From IMG/VR virus record IMGVR_UViG_3300020185_000150, positions 1 to 33,827 of that record: a DNA stretch of 33,827 bases; one strand, 5' to 3'. Both the position numbers and the translations under genes were made by a program. This stretch comes from a virus. Taxonomy: Duplodnaviria; Caudoviricetes. Below are positions 1-9,986 of the stretch, piece by piece (position 1 is the stretch's first letter; every line of letters begins with the position of its first letter). The notes beneath the pieces were generated by a model, which was given only the letters and a program-made list of their open reading frames with translations, ran no database searches and was not told the origin of the DNA.

Positions 1-169
1 CCCAAAGTAAGGGTTTAGCCGCCCTAGCAATCCATTCTAAAACTGTGAAAGCCCCTTCGGCGGCAGAGAAAGCTTTAACCACATTCTCTGTCTCCTCATT
101 TAGCTTATCCACCTTAGTCTCGACTGCCAGTAACCTTTCATAGATTTCTTTATGGGTTACTTCTTCCAT
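1..169 (-). CDS. Partial small coiled-coil/membrane protein, possibly lysis-associated; runs off the left edge
   Basis: ATG at 169, 2 nt after the stop of the 172..684 gene. Hand translation MEEVTHKEIYERLLAVETKVDKLNEETENVVKAFSAAEGAFTVLEWIARAAKPLLW... stays open to the window edge. Not in the ORF track. Confidence 0.65.
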   Translation of the reverse strand, partial: MEEVTHKEIYERLLAVETKVDKLNEETENVVKAFSAAEGAFTVLEWIARAAKPLLW

Positions 170-171
170 GA

Positions 172-684
172 TTATTCAGGCTTCTCAGGCCATGTGATGT
201 CGTTAGGGAAGCCTTCTTGAGCGCTTACGTCACGCAAGGCTTGTCGGTAGGTTGCCCACTCAGCAGACACCGTTGTGCCGCCCTCAAAGGCTTTGATAGC
301 CATCCAGTCGCATGAGGCGATTAAACCGTCACGGGTAGCACGGGCGGCAGTAGCGGCCTCTGCATTCTTGGTGGCTGTGTACGCTTCTTCTTGTGATGCT
401 TTGGTGACTGTAACGCCCTCTTCATCTACATAGTCAGCGAACATATCCCGCTCGACATACGCCTGTACCCAGTTGTTGTTGGCATCCTGAGTAACACCAT
501 TACGACTGACCACCTTGTACTCACCAGAAGCCGCTGGAGCCGGAGCCGCCAGCACTGGGTCAATTCCAAGGCTGTCACAGATGGAACTAGTCCATACCCG
601 AGGCAGGGATGTGTTAGGCATTGATCGGCGAATCTCGCCTTGAGTGTTTACTGCACCACTGGTGCGATTACGATATTCAGACAT
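172..684 (-). CDS. Phage tail fibre assembly chaperone-like protein
   Basis: C-terminal R-D-x-L-I-x-x-C-D-W ... WATYRQALRDV ... ITWPEKP signature; lies directly downstream of the tail fibre gene. Confidence 0.8.
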   Translation of the reverse strand: MSEYRNRTSGAVNTQGEIRRSMPNTSLPRVWTSSICDSLGIDPVLAAPAPAASGEYKVVSRNGVTQDANNNWVQAYVERDMFADYVDEEGVTVTKASQEEAYTATKNAEAATAARATRDGLIASCDWMAIKAFEGGTTVSAEWATYRQALRDVSAQEGFPNDITWPEKPE

Positions 685-723
685 GATATTGATCCTTTAA
701 AAGTCTGTTGAAAGCCTTGCGGC

Positions 724-2643
724 TTATGCTATTGCCAAGAAGATGTAAGTACCACCGCTTGCATTCAAAGCCGCTGGCGCTGATGCTGTTACTGTGAAGC
801 CTGATGCCAATGGGTCAATGTAGTCAGTGCTGGTCACTTCAGCCGCTGTGCTGTTGAGCAACATATATGGATCATTACCGGCAGATATACCTCTAACTGA
901 GTCCCAGTAATACCAATCACCAGTGCTGTCTGTGCGTTTAATTAATATAAACCTTGCACCAGAGCTAAAGCCGCAGTCTATGTTTAGGTTAGCGCCAGTT
1001 CCGGTATAGGAAGACACCTTACTTACGCCCGGGCAAGATGCGAAGATGTAGTTAATATAAGAAGTTCCGCTCCAGTTTGTTCTAACGTCCCCTAAATTGA
1101 ATACACTGTCAGACGGGGTAACACTGTTCCAATAAGATGAGCTAGGACCACTTTTAGCATTGGAGGCTTCAAGCTGTAGAATATAGTTATTACCTATGTC
1201 TTTATGGTATACACTCCACCCCCATACTCCGCCATTATCCCTATCTTTAACAATCATCATCTCAGGCGCAACACCCAAGTTATGCGCCTCAGTTTTAGCA
1301 ACACCCGTCCCCGTGTAAGCCACCACATCCATAAAGCCGGGGGCACGTTTGAACATCCAAGAGTAATACGCAGAGTCTCTGGTTGAGCTATTCCACCCAT
1401 CACTGTAGTCAAAATCGAAAGAAGGGCTTGCACCCCAAGCAGATGTAGTGTTAGTCTTGAAAACCCCTGCACCAAGTAGTCTTGTAGCCAAGAATGTATT
1501 AGCACTTGGGGTGTTCCTTAACCACGCCATGTCAACAGGAAAGTCTGATATGAATGAGGGCGCTGTTTGACCTGCTGTAAACTGGTCAACAGTAAACACC
1601 TCAGTCCCCGCCTCTGGAGTTTTCATTGGGCGGCGAATTGCTATGTAGATGTATGTTGCGTTATTCTCGTTAATAGCCCCACCGCCATCAGCAAGAACAA
1701 AGCCAGTTGCTGTTGGGTAAAGCCCAAAAGGAGTTGCTTCAGCACTATCAGTGTTTGGTCGTATACCTTTTGCTCCTGTGTAATTTTGAACAGGCATTCC
1801 ACGCATAACATCAACCAACCACCAATTTTCACCTAATGAACTAGATTTAACTAAAAGCCATTGAGGTTCAAACCCTAAAGTAACTTCATTCCCCACAGCA
1901 CCTGTACCCGTATAACTCCCACAGCTAATAACATTCTGCTCACCATCGTCTCCAAAGCCTCCTGCATCGTGGGCGAAGAGATATGCGACGTATGTTCCAC
2001 CAGAGGCGTTGACTACACTGTTACTGCTTATTGAGAATACAGTGTCTGTGGGGGTAGTGTTCGCAAAGTAGCCAGTCTCATCTTGCGCCCCAGTAAGATT
2101 TAGCAATAAGGAGTGGTTTGCACTTGTTAGACCTCTATGATAAACAGCCCAGTTAGCTGTGCTATCTGTTCTTTTAACAATAATCATTCCCGGCACAGAA
2201 CCAAGACTGTGTGCAATAGTTCTAGCTGTTGAATTACCCGTCCACGTCACAACGTCAAAGAACTTTGGAGCCTTGCGAAATGTCCATGAAGCCATTAACG
2301 CATTGTTTGCATTTATAAACTCTGTGGATGTATCAGAGCCCAGAGTAAAACCATTTGAATTAAACGCTGTAATTGTGTCGGGGTACGAATATTCTGAGGC
2401 TGTTGAGCTAGAAAATAACTGTTTATTTACACCCCTAACAGTGTCAATTAGTGTGTGTAAAGCCGTTCCTGAGTCTCTCCTTTTAGCCCAAACCAACCCA
2501 CCTTCGCCATCTAGGTCAATACCGTTGGTGATTGTCTGTGCTGAACCCGTGCCGTTGTACAGGTAAGTACTGAACACATCTTCAACATACTCACCCCCAC
2601 CACCAACACCAGCGGCGGCTTGAACTACGTCTCTTACTGCCAT
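724..2643 (-). CDS. Tail fibre / receptor-binding virion protein with repeated beta-rich modules
   Basis: Repeated Y(T/N)G(T/N)G, HSLG/HNLG and P-x-MIIVK motifs; Gly/Ser/Thr rich. Start moved to ATG 2643, which overlaps the upstream stop (TAATG). Confidence 0.75.
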   Translation of the reverse strand: MAVRDVVQAAAGVGGGGEYVEDVFSTYLYNGTGSAQTITNGIDLDGEGGLVWAKRRDSGTALHTLIDTVRGVNKQLFSSSTASEYSYPDTITAFNSNGFTLGSDTSTEFINANNALMASWTFRKAPKFFDVVTWTGNSTARTIAHSLGSVPGMIIVKRTDSTANWAVYHRGLTSANHSLLLNLTGAQDETGYFANTTPTDTVFSISSNSVVNASGGTYVAYLFAHDAGGFGDDGEQNVISCGSYTGTGAVGNEVTLGFEPQWLLVKSSSLGENWWLVDVMRGMPVQNYTGAKGIRPNTDSAEATPFGLYPTATGFVLADGGGAINENNATYIYIAIRRPMKTPEAGTEVFTVDQFTAGQTAPSFISDFPVDMAWLRNTPSANTFLATRLLGAGVFKTNTTSAWGASPSFDFDYSDGWNSSTRDSAYYSWMFKRAPGFMDVVAYTGTGVAKTEAHNLGVAPEMMIVKDRDNGGVWGWSVYHKDIGNNYILQLEASNAKSGPSSSYWNSVTPSDSVFNLGDVRTNWSGTSYINYIFASCPGVSKVSSYTGTGANLNIDCGFSSGARFILIKRTDSTGDWYYWDSVRGISAGNDPYMLLNSTAAEVTSTDYIDPLASGFTVTASAPAALNASGGTYIFLAIA

Positions 2644-3191
2644 TACGCCATCCCCAGTCCGAGGACAAAGCCTCTCCAAGTTGTGCCACCGTCTGAGGTA
2701 AAGAATGCCAGTGTGTCAACACCAGCGGCTGTCAGCGTGGGAGCCGTTGCCGCCGCCCATGTGACCCCTGAGAAGAACGTTAAGGCCGCAGAGCCACCGT
2801 TAGTCACCTCAAGCACAAATGCGCTTACAGAGCCACTAGAGGCCACGTTACTAACTGTTAGCGTTTGAGCGCCCGACAAGGTGTAGGTGAAGTAGTTGCC
2901 AGCAGACAGATCGATGTCGTTAGCACCCATTGCCACCTTGGTTTCTTTTAAACCAGTCGCCGTTGGTGTTGTTAGCGCCCCGTTTGTGGAGGCCGCCGCA
3001 CCAAGGTTTGAAAGCGCAGTAGCGGCGTCAGATGCGCCAGTACCGCCGTTTGCAATTGCAAGGTCACCAGAGGCTGAGAACAGCGCGTCAATGGTGTCTA
3101 GGTCGGTGTTTATCTTGCCACCCCATGTGTCAGCACTAGCGCCGACTTCAGGTTTTGTAAGACTTAAGTTCGTAGTTGTGGTATCTGCCAT
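2643..3191 (-). CDS. Tail fibre-proximal/anchor virion protein
   Basis: N-terminus [28 protein letters not shown] and an ANGGTGA motif typical of phage tail fibre proteins; coupled to the downstream fibre gene. Confidence 0.7.
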   Translation of the reverse strand: MADTTTTNLSLTKPEVGASADTWGGKINTDLDTIDALFSASGDLAIANGGTGASDAATALSNLGAAASTNGALTTPTATGLKETKVAMGANDIDLSAGNYFTYTLSGAQTLTVSNVASSGSVSAFVLEVTNGGSAALTFFSGVTWAAATAPTLTAAGVDTLAFFTSDGGTTWRGFVLGLGMA

Positions 3192-3203
3192 TTTGTGTTC
3201 CTC

Positions 3204-3398
3204 TTACTGACGTTCTGACGCCAATGACCGTTCAAATAATTGGGCAAAAGCATTTCTGCCTACCGTCATTTGATCTACATTAAATCTTGCCGAGCCTAAC
3301 TTGCGGTCAAGGTCTGCAATGTGGTTTGCTAACAATCGCTGTTCTGGTGTTAACTGCTCAAGATCATACTCAGTGCCGTCAATGACCGTTGTCTTCAT
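3204..3398 (-). CDS. Small coiled-coil phage protein (64 aa, MKTTVIDGTEYDLEQL...), possible fibre chaperone
   Basis: ATG 3398 overlaps the upstream stop (TAATG); heptad-like helix. Confidence 0.6.
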   Translation of the reverse strand: MKTTVIDGTEYDLEQLTPEQRLLANHIADLDRKLGSARFNVDQMTVGRNAFAQLFERSLASERQ

Positions 3399-3682
3399 TA
3401 GAACGTACCTTTCCAAACTCGAAATTTATCAAAGTCGCCTGACAATAACTTACGTTTAATAACGTCTTTCATTGCAGGGTCGCCCCACTTAATTCCAGCT
3501 TCCTTGGCCCACATTTCAACAATGTGTAGCGGTATCTCGCCTGCCAATCGACTCTCGCCGAACACGCCACCGTTCATATCCTGAATGGCTTTTGCGCGCT
3601 CAATGTATGCGTCGTTTTGATACTGCTTTTGTACGACGAACGTGCCGTCGTGGTTGTCAATAAACTTTTCACCAATCTTCAT
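3398..3682 (-). CDS. Hypothetical phage protein following the major capsid gene
   Basis: 94-aa ORF with a GGTGG SD-like sequence, fitting the operon. Confidence 0.7.
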   Translation of the reverse strand: MKIGEKFIDNHDGTFVVQKQYQNDAYIERAKAIQDMNGGVFGESRLAGEIPLHIVEMWAKEAGIKWGDPAMKDVIKRKLLSGDFDKFRVWKGTF

Positions 3683-3714
3683 TGCGCCACCTGTTTTTTG
3701 TTTTCAGTGATTCA

Positions 3715-3746
3715 ATAAAAGGCGGGGAGCCGTAGCCCCCCAGCCC
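3715..3746 (-). terminator. Rho-independent terminator downstream of the major capsid gene
   Basis: Minus strand GGGCTGGGGGGC-TACG-GCTCCCCGCC-TTTTATT: GC-rich stem-loop plus T tract, about 10 nt after the capsid stop. Confidence 0.75.
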
Positions 3747-3754
3747 TCACACTA

Positions 3755-4702
3755 TCAAGAAGTAGCGTTGTCGAAAATACCGCCGCAAGATGCTTCATTT
3801 TTGCACACGAGAGTAAGTTCAGTTACCACTTGCCGTTTCGTAGAATCCCCTGTTTTAGCCAGTTCGATGTTCTTCGTTGGGCGCAGAACGCCAACAGCCC
3901 ACATATCCTTTTGCATGATGAACACGTCACGTGAACGGTTCTCACGGGTAGGCATGAACTCAACCGTGCCCCAAGGAGTAACGTAGACAGCCAAGGACTT
4001 GATGACCTTTTCGTCGCCAGCCTGCACTTGTGAGCGCTGGTTGTTGTTACCAGTAAAGCCCAGTGCCACGTTCATCTGGAATGCAGACAGATACACCACG
4101 TCAGGACGGCCACCGCTCTCCCAGATTGACTGCATGGTGCTGTCAAAGCGGGCTTGCGTAAACGCCTCTTGTGTGCCGTCTGTACGTGCGTCAGTACCGT
4201 CGCCAGTAGCATCAGCACCGCCAGAGCCAAAAGAAGTGTTAGAGGTCAACCAGACAGGAGCGCCAGCCAACTCACGCGCAGTCGTGCTGTTACCAGCGAC
4301 ACGTGCGTTGTTGTCGAACAGGGCTTTCTCGATGTCCAATTTCTGCTCTTTTGCAACTTTCAAAACAGCATATGCCATCTCAGCGGCGCGGCCAGCTTTT
4401 TTCAAGCCAGAGTCGGTGTCGGCGATCGTGACCGCGTTTTTGAAAATTTGCGAATAATTGCCAAGACGGGTCGTAGCGGTACGTGCCTCTGCAACCGTGT
4501 CATCACCCTCGATGTGGGCGTTAGCGGCGCTTGAGCGCAACGCATCAGTCTGCCACTCATGGAAAGTGTTGGTTGCTTTTACTTTAGCTACGCTAGAGTA
4601 GAAAGGCGTCTCGCTGGGAGACACGTCATATATGATGTCTTCGAGACTCTCCCGAATGCCGACTGCGTCGTATGAATCAAATGTGTTGGTTGGCTGTGCC
4701 AT
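3755..4702 (-). CDS. Major capsid protein (DUF5309-like family, HK97 fold expected)
   Basis: Motifs GIRESLEDIIYDVSPSETPF, HEWQTD, NYSQIF, LAKTGDS; AAGGA SD; downstream of scaffold; followed by a terminator. Confidence 0.9.
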   Translation of the reverse strand: MAQPTNTFDSYDAVGIRESLEDIIYDVSPSETPFYSSVAKVKATNTFHEWQTDALRSSAANAHIEGDDTVAEARTATTRLGNYSQIFKNAVTIADTDSGLKKAGRAAEMAYAVLKVAKEQKLDIEKALFDNNARVAGNSTTARELAGAPVWLTSNTSFGSGGADATGDGTDARTDGTQEAFTQARFDSTMQSIWESGGRPDVVYLSAFQMNVALGFTGNNNQRSQVQAGDEKVIKSLAVYVTPWGTVEFMPTRENRSRDVFIMQKDMWAVGVLRPTKNIELAKTGDSTKRQVVTELTLVCKNEASCGGIFDNATS

Positions 4703-4713
4703 GATAAATTCCT

Positions 4714-5715
4714 TTAAGAGTTAAACATCAGGCTGAGTGCATCTTCAATGCTCCCAGACTTTTTAAGGTTGGTCTTCTTCTGCAAAACATCCTTGTTGCT
4801 TTTCACCAGCTTCTTTGAGCCTGCCTTGATCGGTGTCGTTTTGGGACGTGCCGACTGAGCCTTCTCATCTGCTTTCTTCTTGCCACTCATAATCTCGCGG
4901 TACTTCATCGCATCACGCAACACGTGCAGTGCGCGACTCTCTACCACCTGACTAATCTCATCCGCCGTGTAGCCGTAAGCCGCGCCAGCTTGCACGATCT
5001 GATCCTTAAACTTGCCAGCGTGTGCTGGGTTTGCAAGTTCAGGAATAACGCTCTTCAGGTTTTCTACCTCCTGTTGGAGATATGCCTGTCGAGCCACCTG
5101 CTGTGCCTGACTCTGCTGTGCCGACAACTGCTGGAACTGAGCCTGCTGTTGCTGGTACTGCGCTACCTGCTCGTCATAGTTCAGTTTTGCTTCCATGTAC
5201 CCAATTGGGTCGGAGTCAAAAAGTTCCCTTGCCGGAGCCTTTGGAGGAGTAGCAATCTGTCCACCTTGAATCTGTTGATACAACTGGGAGATCTGCTGTC
5301 TTTCATTCAATAAGGCCGCATAGACTTCTTCCGCTTGCTTTCGCTGGGCGGCGGCTTCCTGCATACCTTTTTGGACAAATTGTTGACCACTGTAACCTCG
5401 CTTCAACTCACTCAGGGTGACCTGTTTTTCCGTGCCATCAACTTTGATGGTGTAAACAGGTTCTGTCTTGTTGGCTTCGTCAGCGTCTTCTTCTTCGTCC
5501 TCCGCGTCGTCTTCGTCATCATCATCTGAGTCTTCTGACTCTTCTGAATCGTCTTCAGATTCTGCGTTTGCTTCCTCGGTGTCGTTGGTCTCTTCCGGTT
5601 CAGCTACTTCGTTAGTGTCGGTTTCTTCGTTTTCAACACTTTCAGGTGCAATCATAGCACTAACTGCACTCTCAATGCTACCGTCAAGTGCTACTTTTTC
5701 AGTCGTTTGATCCAC
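4714..5715 (-). CDS. Capsid scaffolding protein
   Basis: Very acidic N-terminal tract, YTIKVDGTEKQVTLSELKRGY motif, Q-rich coiled coil and C-terminal KSGSIEDA; GTG start; directly upstream of the capsid gene. Confidence 0.85.
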   Translation of the reverse strand: MDQTTEKVALDGSIESAVSAMIAPESVENEETDTNEVAEPEETNDTEEANAESEDDSEESEDSDDDDEDDAEDEEEDADEANKTEPVYTIKVDGTEKQVTLSELKRGYSGQQFVQKGMQEAAAQRKQAEEVYAALLNERQQISQLYQQIQGGQIATPPKAPARELFDSDPIGYMEAKLNYDEQVAQYQQQQAQFQQLSAQQSQAQQVARQAYLQQEVENLKSVIPELANPAHAGKFKDQIVQAGAAYGYTADEISQVVESRALHVLRDAMKYREIMSGKKKADEKAQSARPKTTPIKAGSKKLVKSNKDVLQKKTNLKKSGSIEDALSLMFNS

Positions 5716-5954
5716 GGTACTGATTCTTTCTCTTGTTTATCGAAAAACGCTTCTTCTGTCAGGACAGTGTTGAAGTACGTATCGATGTTGCCCAACGCAC
5801 GAATAATGTCGTGCGCATCGACCAGCGCGTCCTGAGACGCCTCTGGATTCAAGAACAAGCCAACTTGCTTGTCCCGAATTGCTTGCATCACCTCTTGGAA
5901 TACGGGGTCGTTTTGTAGTTGCCGTATCTTTGATGCTTGATCTTTGATGTTCAA
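5691..5954 (-). CDS. Small helical protein between portal and scaffold
   Basis: 87 aa, TTG start abutting the portal stop; this position is commonly occupied in such head modules. Confidence 0.7.
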   Translation of the reverse strand: MNIKDQASKIRQLQNDPVFQEVMQAIRDKQVGLFLNPEASQDALVDAHDIIRALGNIDTYFNTVLTEEAFFDKQEKESVPWIKRLKK

Positions 5955-8054
5955 TTAGAACCTTCCGCCTACAACAGCTTGCGCTGGGGATTCTTGTGGA
6001 TACCGGGGCTGGGCTTGCGCCGCTTTTACGCCAGCGACATCGACCGTGGTCTGGTATTGACCGTAGATCTTGGCCGCGTCAGTAAGTAACTCTTGATCCA
6101 TCTTGTCGCGCTCACGGTCATCCTGTGCAATGGCTTTCTGCGCGTCAATCTGCAACTTGAGCATTTGCACCTCTTTGTTGGCTTGAGCCTTGATCTGCTC
6201 GGCTTGGATGATTGCCTGCGCCTGCTGGTCAACTGGTGGCTGTTGCTGTTGCTGTTGTGCCTGCTGTTGCAACATCTGCTCACGCTGTTCGTCCATTGGG
6301 GAGAAGTAGCGGTCAGCGTTGCGTACACCCTGCACAGCCAGCATATCTGCCAGTGTGTTGCGGATGTTCGTCATAGTCACCAAGCCGTTGTTCGAGCCGT
6401 ACCCTTTGTAGACCTCCATTTGCAGTTGTAAAGCCTGTGCAAGCGCCGCAGAGCGCTGATCTTCCCGACCAGTACCCAGTCCTACGTTTGCAGTTACATC
6501 CATCTTGGCGTTCCAATAGCGTGGGTCAACGGGCTGGTACTGACCGCCTGCCATACGCATCATCACAGCCTCATCAACGTTCTCGACCATCAGCTTTAAC
6601 ATCAGCTTGAACAGACGACGCATACCGCCCTCTGCCAAGTTACGCGCCATAACCTCGACCTGACCAGCCGCCGCTTGTATGGTGGCGTTTACAGCCGCCG
6701 CAGTAGTTGACTGCATAGCATCAGGGTTTAAGCCGCTAGACGCCTTTGTGACGCCTGTCTTGGACTCAATCTCAGCGTCCATGTACTGGATGGCAACCAG
6801 TGTCTGACCAGCCACAAACGGCACAGCCAAGTCGCGCACCATGCCGGGCGCTTTTGTACGGACAATGCCGCCAATCTCATTGTTAAGCAAGTCATCGATG
6901 TTTACCTGACCGTCAACGATCTCACGTTGTGGGCTGTTAGTCAGAGCCACGTTGTCCAGAACACCGCGCAACATCATTGTGCTGGCGTCCTGTTCGTTCA
7001 TCAGCAGGTCGGCGATTGAGCGGCCAAAGAACGTGTGTGGCTCTGGGTCGATCTCAAACACGGCAAACGGTACTTCACTGCAAGGCTCAACGCTCAACAG
7101 TTGGTAGTCATCGCCACCCATAATACAACGTTGCATCTGGGCTACACCCGTGCCGTCAACGTCAATCTTCATGTACGCCTCGGTGATCGCCACCAAGCGC
7201 ATAGACGGGTCTTGGACGTTCTCTTGCGTGTAAGCGGTGTCATACCCCCTACGCTCAAATTCTTCTTCGTTAGCGGTCGTGTCAGCCGTGCTGAGACCCG
7301 TTAGTTCTGAGACCTCTTCAAAGTCAAAGCCCATTGCTACAACGTCGCTGACTCGCATCTGTGTGCGGTGTGCAACCACATACGAATCTTCAATGCGCTT
7401 TGCACCACGGTCAACAAAGAACTCTTCTGGCGGCACTGACTCAATGCACATATCGCCGCGCTCTGTCGAACGTGAGATCTTTAGATCATGGCGTGGCATC
7501 TCCACCTGCATACCCATTGGGTCAATTTCCATTGACATGGACACAGAATGCTCTAGCACGTCAACGCCGTCTTCATTGACAATGACCGAATATTCTTGGT
7601 CGTTTAAAGCGTTGTATTCGTAGATCTCTTGATCGGTGTAGGTATCCCAGTAGGCTTTGACAACGCCGACCTTTTTGACCAGTGCGTCGTGGAATGCATC
7701 ATTGATGATGCGGTAACCACCAAGTTCATTGAACTTGTATTGCATATACTTGGTCGCCATCTCAGCAAACTGCACGTCCTTTGGGCCAGCAGGCACATAC
7801 TCCACAGCACGGTCTGTTGACAAGAACACGCGCATCAGGCTGGGCTTGATGGCTCGGACTGTGTCGCGCACCTTGGTCGCCACAACAGTGCTACGACCCT
7901 CTTCTTCGCCGATGTCTACTTCGCCATCAAAGTAACGTTGTGAGCGGATGCGATCAGGAGCAATCTCGCTCTCGACAAAATCAACAGCATCCATCAATGC
8001 CTCGCGGACAATGCCGTTGATCTCTGTCTCTGTCATTGGCGTTGGTTTACTCAT
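5955..8054 (-). CDS. Portal protein (P22-like, with long C-terminal helical extension)
   Basis: 699 aa; motifs DALVKKVGVVKAYW, VPPEEF, PEPHTFFGRSIAD, LDNVALTNSP; Q-rich C-terminus. Confidence 0.9.
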   Translation of the reverse strand: MSKPTPMTETEINGIVREALMDAVDFVESEIAPDRIRSQRYFDGEVDIGEEEGRSTVVATKVRDTVRAIKPSLMRVFLSTDRAVEYVPAGPKDVQFAEMATKYMQYKFNELGGYRIINDAFHDALVKKVGVVKAYWDTYTDQEIYEYNALNDQEYSVIVNEDGVDVLEHSVSMSMEIDPMGMQVEMPRHDLKISRSTERGDMCIESVPPEEFFVDRGAKRIEDSYVVAHRTQMRVSDVVAMGFDFEEVSELTGLSTADTTANEEEFERRGYDTAYTQENVQDPSMRLVAITEAYMKIDVDGTGVAQMQRCIMGGDDYQLLSVEPCSEVPFAVFEIDPEPHTFFGRSIADLLMNEQDASTMMLRGVLDNVALTNSPQREIVDGQVNIDDLLNNEIGGIVRTKAPGMVRDLAVPFVAGQTLVAIQYMDAEIESKTGVTKASSGLNPDAMQSTTAAAVNATIQAAAGQVEVMARNLAEGGMRRLFKLMLKLMVENVDEAVMMRMAGGQYQPVDPRYWNAKMDVTANVGLGTGREDQRSAALAQALQLQMEVYKGYGSNNGLVTMTNIRNTLADMLAVQGVRNADRYFSPMDEQREQMLQQQAQQQQQQPPVDQQAQAIIQAEQIKAQANKEVQMLKLQIDAQKAIAQDDRERDKMDQELLTDAAKIYGQYQTTVDVAGVKAAQAQPRYPQESPAQAVVGGRF

Positions 8055-9986
8055 TTATTGCGCTCCAAGTTGGCTAATTAAACCGTCGGGTTGTGAGGCT
8101 TCAAACACAGATGCGCGACGTGCGCCCTCTGCCCCCGTTAGGACGATCTTGCCATATTTGTTTATTAACCCAGCCAGTGCCGTTTGGTCTGTTAAAGCCT
8201 TGCGAACCACCTCTGGGTTGTCAGACATTGCAAGATCAAGAACTTGCATACGCTGTGCATCAGTCAACATCGGAACCTCTTGTTTTAGCAAGCGAGATGC
8301 AGATTGCAACAACCCAAACATATTTCCAGATGTAATGTTGGCAACATCGCCAAGAGACATAGCTGTCCCAGCGTTATCCATCTCCTGTCGTAAAGGCGTT
8401 GTAATTGACCCGGCTTCTGGGCGCACTTTTTTTGCAAGGTCAGAAGTTTCACCTGCAAGAGCCAGTTGCTTTTGCAGTCTAACAACGTCATCGTCATCAA
8501 GGGCGACCCGCAAAGCCGCTCCCATCTGCTTGTCTGGATCTGCCAAGTTTGCAAACGTTGTTCCAGTACGTCGTGCCTTGTTGCGAATGCTATCCATCAC
8601 GCCAGCCTTAAATGCCTTGTACTTTTCTGGAGACTTTTTAAGTTGCTCAACTAATATTTCAAGCTCATCAACATTTGATGTTAAAGCCTTACGACCTTTG
8701 TCAAATGCCTCTGTTGCGCCTTTAATCGTCGCCCAGCTTGCCCTCGTCCTCTTTAGTTCATCAGACGTGCTATCTATTAAGGTACGCAGACCTGACTCTT
8801 GATCCTTTAAGACCACGCCAAGACTTCCCTCTCCACCCCTAAAGGCCGCTTGCGTTTCTTCCGATAACGCGCCACGGATCTTCTCAGCGTCTTCCAGCGT
8901 TGGCGTCCGGTTCATTACAACCTTGCCGTCTTTAATTGAATATGGCGGGATCTTGCCTTGTGCGCCGTACAAACGATCTAGACGGGCAACAACACTTGGC
9001 AGGCTCTGCACGGCAGATGTTGTCTGATTTACTAAGTCCTCTGAGGCGATGCCAGAATTTCTGAAAATGTTTTTGTAGGACGCAGACTCGGCGTCAAGCA
9101 ACTCTTGCTCTGTTCGCTTAAACCCACGAACAACGTTCTCGTCCATATTGGGCGCAAGGCGCTCCATTAGTGCAGATTCAGCAGTTCTGCCAGTCTCTTG
9201 AGCGCGAGATTTAGTTTGATCTAAAACACGGCGACCAGCTTTGCCGCCCTCGGTAGCATAACCCTTTAATGCAACCATTAGGCTCATGTTGTCTGTCATC
9301 AATCGACCGGACTCAAGGTCTGCAATAATTTCTTCGACAGGCTTTTTAGACTGTCTTTGCAGTCTCTGTAACTCGGCTTGGACAGCATTGCTTGCCTTGT
9401 CCCCAAATTTTGACTTAGCCCAGTCAACTATTCCACCGGCTTTAGACGCAATTTGACGCCCACCAAGAACCAAAGCAGGAGAAAGAACCGCGCCAGTTAT
9501 TGATCCGGTAGCCGCGTCACCCGCCATGCCGCCGACAGTTTTGCTTTCGCTAGTGCCAAGACCAGTTAACCCACCCTCCACCGCGCCGATGCCAGCAAGC
9601 CGACCCAAAGCCGCTGGAGCGGCCGTGCCACCAGATGCGACCACAGCGGCAATAGTTGGAATGATGGCTCCAACAATTTCGGAGGTGATTGCCGTGCCGG
9701 GGTTTTCTTTTTTGAAGTTGGCAAGTTTTTGTCTTATTTCGTCACGAATAGCTTCGTAACCTTTGTCTTCTCCGATTCCAAGCGCTGATGCCGCCGCACG
9801 TACTCCAGCCTCAATCTCTTCTGCAAAACCAAAAGTTGCGCCTTGTGCAAGGCTTCTTATCATTTGGCTGTCAGCAGGCGCTTTTGGCTCCATGCCAAGC
9901 ATTGCCAACTGTTCCGCAGAAAGACCTGATGATTGCTGTTGACCGCCACCAGACAAGATAGACAGTTGCGCTGGATTAAGAGCCAT
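8055..9986 (-). CDS. Putative DNA ejection / internal virion protein (large)
   Basis: QGATFGFAEEI motif followed by a Gly/Ala-rich hydrophobic segment, then a helical body; last of a coupled four-gene block. Confidence 0.7.
   Translation of the reverse strand: MALNPAQLSILSGGGQQQSSGLSAEQLAMLGMEPKAPADSQMIRSLAQGATFGFAEEIEAGVRAAASALGIGEDKGYEAIRDEIRQKLANFKKENPGTAITSEIVGAIIPTIAAVVASGGTAAPAALGRLAGIGAVEGGLTGLGTSESKTVGGMAGDAATGSITGAVLSPALVLGGRQIASKAGGIVDWAKSKFGDKASNAVQAELQRLQRQSKKPVEEIIADLESGRLMTDNMSLMVALKGYATEGGKAGRRVLDQTKSRAQETGRTAESALMERLAPNMDENVVRGFKRTEQELLDAESASYKNIFRNSGIASEDLVNQTTSAVQSLPSVVARLDRLYGAQGKIPPYSIKDGKVVMNRTPTLEDAEKIRGALSEETQAAFRGGEGSLGVVLKDQESGLRTLIDSTSDELKRTRASWATIKGATEAFDKGRKALTSNVDELEILVEQLKKSPEKYKAFKAGVMDSIRNKARRTGTTFANLADPDKQMGAALRVALDDDDVVRLQKQLALAGETSDLAKKVRPEAGSITTPLRQEMDNAGTAMSLGDVANITSGNMFGLLQSASRLLKQEVPMLTDAQRMQVLDLAMSDNPEVVRKALTDQTALAGLINKYGKIVLTGAEGARRASVFEASQPDGLISQLGAQ

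Noticed and set aside
46-64. GAAAGCCCC match to the early GNRA hairpin element
   Set aside because: Only the 3' half is present, the GGGGC arm is missing, and it lies inside a coding region.
724-2643. Diversity-generating retroelement acting on the tail fibre
   Set aside because: No reverse transcriptase and no near-identical template/variable repeat pair seen.
5480-5630. Low-complexity TCN-rich tract
   Set aside because: Explained by the Asp/Glu-rich N-terminus of the scaffold protein on the minus strand.
7948-8802. 284-aa plus-strand ORF and the many other plus-strand ORFs across 1200-27400
   Set aside because: Antisense shadows of well-supported minus-strand genes, with no recognisable motifs.
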